In this document: one piece after another, positions 34,867-42,555 of the stretch
How positions within the stretch are numbered: position 1 is the stretch's first letter
Layout of the letters: each line of letters opens with the position of its first letter
DNA from: Patescibacteria group bacterium
GTDB lineage: Bacteria; Patescibacteriota; Microgenomatia; UBA12405
DNA length: 64,000 nucleotides
NCBI GenBank assembly: GCA_038062455.1
Contig: JBBTXE010000001.1
Span: 58,371-122,370, forward strand
Direction: 5' to 3'
Notes under the pieces: generated by a model
The model's input: the letters and a program-made list of their open reading frames with translations, nothing else
Told to the model about the DNA's origin: nothing
Databases searched by the model: none
Position numbers and translations under genes: made by a program

Positions 34867-36567
34867 TTATTTTTTAAGATACGACCAAAGCAAACTAAAA
34901 TCGTTTGGTTCCAAAACAATCATTTTACAACGTTGATAGTAGGTATATCCTTCTTGTAGTTTTTTGGAGAGCGATTTCTGGCCACCATCTTTTTCATTAA
35001 AAAGAACCAACTTCTTGCCCTTGAGTAAAATATGTTCAAGGGAAATAAATTTCTTTTCTTGAAAATTAAATCGGTTTTGAAATAAACCCAAACCAAGACT
35101 TGTTGTTCCCAAAGCCGAAAAACCCACGATTTTTAGTTTTGGATTTATTTTTTTCAAATTTTCGAGAAGTTTATTTAAGTCGTCAAGGATTTTAATGTAA
35201 TAATTTTCGGTCAGAAAAAGTTTTTCCATGTGGTAGTTATGCAATGCAATTTCATTGTCTTTTTTGATGTCAAAAATATCTTTAGAACCCAAATCGGATT
35301 CAGACAATGTTCCATTCATAACTTTTTGCCAACTCGAACTTTTTAATGGCACAAATGCACAAACCCCGACAATTTTTCCACCAAACTCATAGACCATACC
35401 AAACTCCGGATTATTCGCATACCATGCTCCCATATTAGTTGGGGTAACAGGGTTTTGGGTGGGATAAACACGATTGTCAAAACCAAGTATCCGCCTATAA
35501 TCGCCTTTATCTATTGGACGGAGGTTTACTGACAACCATTGTTTTTTATTAGGGACAATCATTGGTTCGTATCCTGGACCCGTTAATGGTGTTTTGACGA
35601 TACGGAAATCAAGTTTCACCACATTTCTAGGAAATCCGCGTAAATAGTTTTCAATATTTCGGGCAAAACTTTCCTGTTTAGTCGCCGTAGCCTCTTCAGT
35701 AGTAAAACCGATTGGGAGATGAATAACGCAATTGCTAAGATGTTTGAGAACCTCTAATTGTTTCGCTTCAACCTCATCAGAATGATCAAAAATAAAGGTC
35801 ATATCATTTTTATTTAGTCTGTTAACTAATGCGTCAAAGCTTATAAGTTCCATTGGACTTGGGTTTATCAGAACCGCTCCTTTCTTTATCAAATTTATTT
35901 TCTCCCCATCTAAAAAATTTTTCGTCTCTGAGTTGAGGGAAATGTTTAGGGTAATAAAATCAGATGTTCGAATTAATTTATCTAATTCCATATACTCAAT
36001 GCCTAGATTTTTTTCTTCCGTTTCTTTTCTTCGTCTTGACCAATATCTGACATTTGCCCCAAAAGCTTTGGCAATTTCAGCGGTGCGATGCCCAATGTTA
36101 CCCAGACCAATTACCCCAAAACTTTTACCTTTTATTTCCACTCCGACAAATGTTGACCCGGAATAATTGCCCCGCCTTGCTTCATTTTTCTCCCGTTCTA
36201 TCTCCCGTATCTGATCAAAAATCCATCCAAAAGTCATCTCTACCACACCTTCGGTTGCGTAGTCTCTGACATTTGTAACTACAATCTTTTTGGAGTTACA
36301 ATACGCCAAATCTATCCCTCCGGTTCCGGTACCAAGCATCCCAATATATTTAAGATTAGGAACCATGCCAATAAACTCTTTGGTGATCTTGTCTCCGACC
36401 GGTTTTAAAAGCAGGGCATCGGCATTTTTTAGTTCAGATTGTAACTTAGGGTCATCTTTCGAGATTAAAACTTTATTTATAGTTAAAGGATCAATCCGGT
36501 GCCAATACTGTGTCCAAAGTTCAGATCCGCGATAGTTGAGAAAGACCATTTTCTTGAATTTGGTCAT
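34867..36567 (-). CDS. fusion protein: D-isomer-specific 2-hydroxyacid dehydrogenase domain plus a C-terminal GNAT-like/unknown domain
   Basis: NAD-binding GVIGLGNIGHRTAEIAKAFGANV and a downstream catalytic region in the first ~310 aa. The remaining ~250 aa has an acetyltransferase-like beta-strand pattern (GKIVGVCAFVPL). Confidence 0.6.
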   Translation of the reverse strand: MTKFKKMVFLNYRGSELWTQYWHRIDPLTINKVLISKDDPKLQSELKNADALLLKPVGDKITKEFIGMVPNLKYIGMLGTGTGGIDLAYCNSKKIVVTNVRDYATEGVVEMTFGWIFDQIREIEREKNEARRGNYSGSTFVGVEIKGKSFGVIGLGNIGHRTAEIAKAFGANVRYWSRRRKETEEKNLGIEYMELDKLIRTSDFITLNISLNSETKNFLDGEKINLIKKGAVLINPSPMELISFDALVNRLNKNDMTFIFDHSDEVEAKQLEVLKHLSNCVIHLPIGFTTEEATATKQESFARNIENYLRGFPRNVVKLDFRIVKTPLTGPGYEPMIVPNKKQWLSVNLRPIDKGDYRRILGFDNRVYPTQNPVTPTNMGAWYANNPEFGMVYEFGGKIVGVCAFVPLKSSSWQKVMNGTLSESDLGSKDIFDIKKDNEIALHNYHMEKLFLTENYYIKILDDLNKLLENLKKINPKLKIVGFSALGTTSLGLGLFQNRFNFQEKKFISLEHILLKGKKLVLFNEKDGGQKSLSKKLQEGYTYYQRCKMIVLEPNDFSLLWSYLKK

Positions 36568-36623
36568 ATTAGGAATTATATAACTTTTTGAATCTTGAGT
36601 TTTCTTTATGCTATCCTTATTTA

Positions 36624-37931
36624 ATGTCTCTATTTGGTGGTCACCGGGTGGTTATTTGGCCCAAGGCCAAAACGCTTGATATCTATCTTTCCCGATCAGA
36701 TGACAATATCCTCTCTTTTGACATCAATCTCTGGCAAGCCTTAGCCGATACCGAAATCACCCGTCTCTCTCAATTTTTAAAAAGTAACCATTTTACCTCC
36801 GCCACCGTTTTAATCGAGGACAACGTTGTTTTTACCAAATCCTTTATTTACGATCAGGCCGTCACCTCCCTTGACCCAAGAGAAGTTGTGGCTTTAGCCA
36901 AAGATATGGTTTCTTTTGACATCGACCTCAGCTCGGTCACCTTCGAGCTTGTTCCCAAAGGCGACAAAACCCTGGTCCAAACCCGGATATTTAATCAAAA
37001 AAAATTAGCCCCACTTCTGAAAAATCTGTCCCTTCTTAACTTAAAACTAAAATACTCTGCCGTTTCCGAAAGCTTGGCCAAAATTTTCTCCCGCTTTTAC
37101 CAAAAACCCTTTTTTGTCTTTTATCCTTTGGCAGATGATTCTGAATACATCGCCGCCCTTTGTGCTAAAGACAAGGTCTATTTTACCTCTCCTATCAAAA
37201 AGGCTCTTCCCGAAGTCAAAAAGATAATCAATTATTCCAAATCTTATTTTAGTACCCAAATTTCCAAAGTTTTTCTTCCTGAAAGTATTGCTGCCAACCT
37301 CGATCTGCCCGATGTTGACAAAACTACCTATGTCGAATCCCAAGTTAACATCGATATAAATTTACCCAGTAACCTCCCTCTGCCGGTAGCTGGTATAATA
37401 GGAGTACCTATGGAAAACAAAAAAAACATCCTTCCAATTATTGCTGTTTTTCTCTTCACCGCCATTATCGCCGCCGTTATTGTTTGGGTGGTTTTAACCC
37501 AGAGCAATAAAAGCAGTGATGTTACCAATCCTTCCGCCGATTTAATTACCCCCGTTTCCTCAATCGATCTTTCCCCGACTCCGGCAGTAACAGTCGTCAT
37601 GCCGTCTAAAGCTCTAAAGTTCCAAGTGCTGAATGCTACTGATATCAGCGGTCAGGCTGCCACCATCAAGGCCGAATTAGTTAAACTGGGTTTTAGTAGT
37701 GTCACTGTCGGTAATTCCCAGGGGGCAGTTACCGGCAACGAAATTCAGTTAAAATCAGCCCTATCAACCAGTTCTGCTTATTTTAAGTCCAAAATAGCCG
37801 GATTTGCTGATGCTGCTGTCGGTGAGTTAAAAACCAATTCTACTTATGATGTTATTTTCATTATCGGTGTTGACTTAAAAACCGGTCAACCTTCGGCTAC
37901 CGCCACTCCCCAATTAACCCCCGCCCAATGA
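36624..37931 (+). CDS. membrane protein with a LytR_C (LytR/CpsA/Psr C-terminal) domain
   Basis: TM helix ILPIIAVFLFTAIIAAVIVWVVL. C-terminal KFQVLNATDISGQAATIKAELVKLGF...VIFIIGVD. ATG at 36624 chosen; a TTG at 36588 is possible. Confidence 0.55.
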   Translation: MSLFGGHRVVIWPKAKTLDIYLSRSDDNILSFDINLWQALADTEITRLSQFLKSNHFTSATVLIEDNVVFTKSFIYDQAVTSLDPREVVALAKDMVSFDIDLSSVTFELVPKGDKTLVQTRIFNQKKLAPLLKNLSLLNLKLKYSAVSESLAKIFSRFYQKPFFVFYPLADDSEYIAALCAKDKVYFTSPIKKALPEVKKIINYSKSYFSTQISKVFLPESIAANLDLPDVDKTTYVESQVNIDINLPSNLPLPVAGIIGVPMENKKNILPIIAVFLFTAIIAAVIVWVVLTQSNKSSDVTNPSADLITPVSSIDLSPTPAVTVVMPSKALKFQVLNATDISGQAATIKAELVKLGFSSVTVGNSQGAVTGNEIQLKSALSTSSAYFKSKIAGFADAAVGELKTNSTYDVIFIIGVDLKTGQPSATATPQLTPAQ

Positions 37932-38944
37932 AGATACTAGTCACCGGCGGTTCCGGCTTTATCGGATCCAATTTTGTCCGTTTTTGGCTTTCCCGGCATC
38001 CCGACGACGAAGTTTCCAATCTCGATAAACTCACTTATGCCGCCAATCCCCAAAGCCTTAGCGATGTTGCCGCCAATCCTCACTATCACTTTGTCCGGGG
38101 CGATATTTGTGATCCCCTGGCAGTTGACAATTTTGTCTCTTCGGGTATTGAATTAATTGTCCATTTTGCCGCCGAATCTCACGTTGATCGTTCGTTGGAT
38201 GACCCGGAGGCTTTTCTTAAAACCAATATTTTTGGCACCCATCTTCTCCTTGAAGCCGCCAAAAAATATCAAATTCGTTTTCACCACATCTCCACCGATG
38301 AAGTTTACGGTGCTCTCCCCCTCAATTCACCGGTCAAATTTAGCGAAACCACTCCCTATGATCCCCGCTCTCCCTATTCGGCCTCCAAAGCCGCTTCTGA
38401 TCATTTTGTTATGGCCTATTATCATTCTTTCGGATTATCGGTAACCATCACCAATTGTTCCAACAATTACGGCCCGTATCAGTCCCCGGAAAAATTTATT
38501 CCCCGAATGATCACCAATTTAATTGACGGTCAAAAAATTCCTATTTATGGCGATGGCCTCTATGTCCGCGATTGGCTCTATGTCGCCGACCACTGTAGTG
38601 CAATTGAGGCAGTGATTCAAAAAGGGGAAATCGGTCAAACTTACAATGTCGGCGGCTTAGTCAAAGATGTTCCCAACATCGAGATTGCCCAAACTATTTT
38701 AAAATTAATGTCCAAAGATGAATCCAGTGTTGAACACGTTCCTGACCGTCCCGGTCACGACCGCCGCTATTCGGTTGATTGGTCCAAAATAAATTCCAAA
38801 CTTGGCTGGCAGCCATCACTCACTTTCGAAGAGGGGATTGCGGCCACGATTTCATGGTATCAGGACAATGAATCATGGTGGCGGCCGATGAAAACCGAAG
38901 CCGAAGAATTTTACCGCCATCTGGCCGCCTCTCGAAAAAAATAA
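37928..38944 (+). CDS. rfbB: dTDP-glucose 4,6-dehydratase
   Basis: MKILVTGGSGFIGSNF, YSASKAASD catalytic YxxxK, and the family-typical C-terminus. Confidence 0.93.
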   Translation: MKILVTGGSGFIGSNFVRFWLSRHPDDEVSNLDKLTYAANPQSLSDVAANPHYHFVRGDICDPLAVDNFVSSGIELIVHFAAESHVDRSLDDPEAFLKTNIFGTHLLLEAAKKYQIRFHHISTDEVYGALPLNSPVKFSETTPYDPRSPYSASKAASDHFVMAYYHSFGLSVTITNCSNNYGPYQSPEKFIPRMITNLIDGQKIPIYGDGLYVRDWLYVADHCSAIEAVIQKGEIGQTYNVGGLVKDVPNIEIAQTILKLMSKDESSVEHVPDRPGHDRRYSVDWSKINSKLGWQPSLTFEEGIAATISWYQDNESWWRPMKTEAEEFYRHLAASRKK

Positions 38945-38965
38945 AATCTGCTACAATCTTTCTGT

Positions 38966-39526
38966 ATGATGAAATTTACTCCTCTATCTTTGTCGGGATT
39001 AATGTTAATCGAACCCCAAGTCTTTGGTGACGACCGCGGTTTTTTTATGGAAACATATTCCAAAAAAGAATTCACCCAAAACGGTATTAATATCGATTTT
39101 GTTCAGGATAATCATTCCCGGTCCGGCAATGGTGTTCTCCGTGGCCTTCACTTCCAAAAACCCCCTTTTGCCCAGGCCAAATTAATTCGGGTAAGCATGG
39201 GTGAAGTTCTCGATGTGGCAGTCGACATCCGCCCCGATTCTTCCACCTTTGGCAAATGGGATTCAGCCCATCTTTCAGCCGAAAATAAAAAAATGCTTTT
39301 TATTCCAGTCGGTTTTGCCCATGGTTTTTATTGTCTGACTGAAATTGTTGATTTCCAATACAAATGCAGCTCTTTCTATGATAAAGAGTCCGAAAGCGGT
39401 TTTTTATGGAACGACCCCGATGTCAATGTTGGTTGGTTGGCAGCGTCTCCTGTTCTCTCCGAAAAAGATAAATTACTGCCTTCCTTCAAATCCCAAATCA
39501 AGGATCTCAAAAAACTTGTCTGGTAA
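38966..39526 (+). CDS. rfbC: dTDP-4-dehydrorhamnose 3,5-epimerase
   Basis: FGDDRGFFMETY...VLRGLHFQ..P.AQAKL.RV..G...DVAVDIR signature. Confidence 0.92.
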   Translation: MMKFTPLSLSGLMLIEPQVFGDDRGFFMETYSKKEFTQNGINIDFVQDNHSRSGNGVLRGLHFQKPPFAQAKLIRVSMGEVLDVAVDIRPDSSTFGKWDSAHLSAENKKMLFIPVGFAHGFYCLTEIVDFQYKCSSFYDKESESGFLWNDPDVNVGWLAASPVLSEKDKLLPSFKSQIKDLKKLVW

Positions 39527-39535
39527 TTTTTATAA

Positions 39536-39570
39536 ATTATACGTAATACTTGATACTTAATACTTAATAC
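39536..39570 (+). repeat. heptanucleotide tandem array, NTRATAC units x5
   Basis: attatac gtaatac ttgatac ttaatac ttaatac, ending 5 nt before the rfbD ATG. Confidence 0.8.
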
Positions 39571-39575
39571 GTCTT

Positions 39576-40454
39576 ATGAAAATCATCGCCACCGGTATCA
39601 CCGGCTTAGTTGGTTCCCGAATTTCAGAGCTTAACCCCGATCTTTCTTTTGCCGATATTTCCATTGAATCCGGCATCAGTATTCTGGATCCAGTGGCTTT
39701 AGAAAAAGTATTTACTAACAACCCCGACGCTGTCACCGTTTTACATTTAGCCGCCTTTACTGATGTTAATGGGGCTTGGTCACAAAATAAAGACCAAAAT
39801 GGTTTATGTTTCCAGTTAAATGTCACCGGTACTCAAAATATTGTCAATCTATGTAAAAAATATGGTAAATATTTAATTCACATTTCTACCGATTATGTTT
39901 TTGACGGCACCAAGGAAGGAAAATATTTAGAAACCGATACCTCCAGTCCGATCGAATGGTATGGTGAAACCAAATATTTAGCTGAAAAAGTCGTCCTCGA
40001 TTCCGGCATCAAAGCCGCCATCCTTCGTCTGGCTTTTCCTTATCGCGCCTCTTTCGAGCCCAAAAAAGATATTGTCCGAAAATTAATTGACGGTTTTAAG
40101 GTCGGCAAACTTTATCCCCAATGGACCGATCATTTTACCTCACCCACCTTTATTGATGATATCGCTGTCGCTGTCCGTAAATTTATCGACAACCAATACA
40201 CCGGTATCTACCATTGTTGCGGCTCTTCCGCCCAGTCACCCTTTGATATGTGTCAATTAATTGCCGAAGTTTTTGGGTTTGATAAATCGTTAATTGTCGC
40301 CTCAACTTTGGCTGAATTTCTTACCACCCAGGCTCCTGGTTCCCGCCCTTGGCAAAAAAATCTCTCCCTCGATAATTCTAAAATTACCGCTCTGGGTATC
40401 AAAATGAAAACTCTCCGCGAAGGCCTTGAAGAGATGAAACGTCAGCTTTCTTAG
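39576..40454 (+). CDS. rfbD: dTDP-4-dehydrorhamnose reductase
   Basis: Rossmann N-terminus GITGLVGS, HISTDYVFDG, YGETKYLAE catalytic motif. Confidence 0.85.
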   Translation: MKIIATGITGLVGSRISELNPDLSFADISIESGISILDPVALEKVFTNNPDAVTVLHLAAFTDVNGAWSQNKDQNGLCFQLNVTGTQNIVNLCKKYGKYLIHISTDYVFDGTKEGKYLETDTSSPIEWYGETKYLAEKVVLDSGIKAAILRLAFPYRASFEPKKDIVRKLIDGFKVGKLYPQWTDHFTSPTFIDDIAVAVRKFIDNQYTGIYHCCGSSAQSPFDMCQLIAEVFGFDKSLIVASTLAEFLTTQAPGSRPWQKNLSLDNSKITALGIKMKTLREGLEEMKRQLS

Positions 40455-41634
40455 CCACCTTCTCCCCCTCCCGCACCCCAAAGTTAATCCCCCTATCTTC
40501 CGGATAAATATTGGCAAAATTCACGTTGATAATTTTTCCGGCTGTTTTTTGATAATTGATAATTGAGTGTTGATAATTGGCATCAACGATATGTTGCGCA
40601 TATTTAAATTTGAAAATATTTTTCTCTGAAATTTGTTTTTTATCAAAATCGGGTAAAATCTTTTTCAAATAATCAAAAAACTCCTGCCAAATTATTTTGT
40701 CATCAACTTTAAAATATCTATGGTTTTGAGGAAGATAGGTGCCAAGATAATAGACTTGTTTTTCTTGGTACTGAGTACTTGGTACTAAGTTCGTGTGTTG
40801 AATCATCGCCACGAAAGGGGATTTGGGATCAGTAATATTATGCCAATAAAATTTACTCAAATTTTGAGTTGATGAAAACACTGCCGTTATTGCCCCCAAA
40901 TAATCAACATTTAGTAACGCTTCCGAACTGATCACTGTATCGTAATTCGTAATTCGTAATTCGTAATTCGTAATTTTTGTATTTAGCTTTATTTCTCCCC
41001 CCAACTTCTTAATTCTCTTTTTCAGTTCTTTGATTATTTGCCCAAATCCCCCCATTAAATAACCCAATTTTTCACCACCTTTTTCGCTCGAATTGGCTCG
41101 GGTGTGAATTCGGGCCCAGAGCCAGGCCATCGAAATATCCTGATATCGATTGGCAAATTTTCCTTTTAATAACGGCTCCCAAATAATTTCATAGGCTCTT
41201 TCTCCACACCACTTTTTCATCCATTGATAGGCTAAAACATTTTCAAACTTCTGCCACTTTTTTTCTTTTTCCAAATAAATCTTTACTAAACCCAAACGAA
41301 CTTTGTCAAAAATATTTAACGGCTTAAAATGCAGTAAATCTATTGCCCCATTAAATGGCCACATTTTTTTACCAAAATATATCGCCGTTGATCCGTTAAA
41401 CCATTTTAATTTTGACGATAGTCCCAAGTCTTCAATTAATTCGATAATATATTTATCGGTTTTAAAAATATGATGATAGGCTTTCTCCAAACCCTTCCCC
41501 TCAATTTTAAAAGACCCCAAAAGTCCGCCCAATTCCTTTTCTTTTTCAAAAATCGTCACCTCGTGTCCCGCTTGTAATAATCGATACCCTGCCACCAATC
41601 CGGTTATTCCGGCTCCGATAATTGCTACCTTCAT
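40399..41634 (-). CDS. FAD/NAD(P)-binding oxidoreductase (amine oxidase/protoporphyrinogen-oxidase-like)
   Basis: MKVAIIGAGITGLVAGYRL...IFEKEKELGG dinucleotide-binding motif. Its 3' end overlaps rfbD convergently by 56 nt. Confidence 0.7.
   Translation of the reverse strand: MKVAIIGAGITGLVAGYRLLQAGHEVTIFEKEKELGGLLGSFKIEGKGLEKAYHHIFKTDKYIIELIEDLGLSSKLKWFNGSTAIYFGKKMWPFNGAIDLLHFKPLNIFDKVRLGLVKIYLEKEKKWQKFENVLAYQWMKKWCGERAYEIIWEPLLKGKFANRYQDISMAWLWARIHTRANSSEKGGEKLGYLMGGFGQIIKELKKRIKKLGGEIKLNTKITNYELRITNYDTVISSEALLNVDYLGAITAVFSSTQNLSKFYWHNITDPKSPFVAMIQHTNLVPSTQYQEKQVYYLGTYLPQNHRYFKVDDKIIWQEFFDYLKKILPDFDKKQISEKNIFKFKYAQHIVDANYQHSIINYQKTAGKIINVNFANIYPEDRGINFGVREGEKVAKKADVSSLQGLRGEFSF
40938..40975 (+). 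repeat. heptanucleotide tandem array (ATTCGTA) x4 perfect, plus degenerate/partial units, inside a CDS
   Basis: tatcgta attcgta attcgta attcgta attcgta att, read on the minus strand as KITNYELRITNYD. Confidence 0.9.
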
Positions 41635-41655
41635 TGTGCTAAAATTTTATCATTT

Positions 41656-42429
41656 ATGAAACTCACTGTTTTAGGTTGTGGTTCTTTCTTCGTTAGTGCT
41701 AATCAAACCGCCTCGGCCTTTCTGCTAGAAACCGCCGGAAAGAAGATATTGATTGATTGTGGTCCCGGCACTCTGGTTCGTCTTTCAGAACAGAAAGTAA
41801 AACTTGAGGACATCGATTATGTTTTTCTCACCCACTTCCACCCCGATCATTCCTCCGACTTGTTCCCCCTATTCATGAATTATAAATTGACTGATTTTTT
41901 TACTCCGGGCACTTTGACCAAATTTCCTGAATTCTTTGGCCCCGAAGGTTTTGATAAATTTTTTCTTGATTATTCTCACTTATGTCAATTACACAGTTAT
42001 GAAAACTGGAAAAAAATTAAACTTAATGACCATCAACCGGAAATTAAATTAGGTAATATCACTGTTAAAACCTTTAAAGTTGATCACAATGCTTTTGGTA
42101 TATTTGCCAAGGCCTATGCTCTTCGTTTCGAGGCCGAGGGTAAAACCATTGTCTTTTCCGGGGATAGTGCCATTTGCCCCGGTATCAGGCAAGCTTGTCA
42201 AGGAGCCGATCTTTTTGTTTGTGATACATCCTATCCTAAGGGTAAAAGCGCTCCTTCCCATATGGATACTATAGATATTGGTAATATTTGCCAGGCAGGT
42301 AAAGTCAAAAAAGTAGTGTTAACCCACTTTTATCCTCAGTTTGCTGATAGCGATTTTGTTTCTGAAATAAAAGAAAACTTTAATGGTGAAGTTGAAAGCT
42401 GCCACGACGGCCTGAAATTAGAATTTTAG
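41656..42429 (+). CDS. MBL-fold metallo-hydrolase (RNase Z-like)
   Basis: LTHFHPDHSSDL metal-binding motif; 257 aa. Confidence 0.7.
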   Translation: MKLTVLGCGSFFVSANQTASAFLLETAGKKILIDCGPGTLVRLSEQKVKLEDIDYVFLTHFHPDHSSDLFPLFMNYKLTDFFTPGTLTKFPEFFGPEGFDKFFLDYSHLCQLHSYENWKKIKLNDHQPEIKLGNITVKTFKVDHNAFGIFAKAYALRFEAEGKTIVFSGDSAICPGIRQACQGADLFVCDTSYPKGKSAPSHMDTIDIGNICQAGKVKKVVLTHFYPQFADSDFVSEIKENFNGEVESCHDGLKLEF

Positions 42430-42511
42430 GTCGGGCATTGTAAATTTATTTTCCCATTGCTATGATACTATGTTTATACTTCAGCTTTAATTATTATAAT
42501 AATTTATCTAA

Positions 42512-42546
42512 AAAATACGTAATACTTAATACGTAATACTTGATAC
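42512..42546 (+). repeat. heptanucleotide tandem array, NTRATAC units x5
   Basis: aaaatac gtaatac ttaatac gtaatac ttgatac, ending 9 nt before the fusA ATG. Confidence 0.8.
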
Positions 42547-42555
42547 TATTTTTAT

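Noticed and set aside
40399-40454. Convergent 3'-end overlaps (rfbD versus the FAD oxidoreductase, 56 nt; uppP versus the oxidoreductase beta subunit, 78 nt at 63012-63089), considered as possible mis-called gene ends.
   Set aside because: Both partners' ends are fixed by their stop codons, so the overlaps are real at the ORF level. No further functional signal could be supported.
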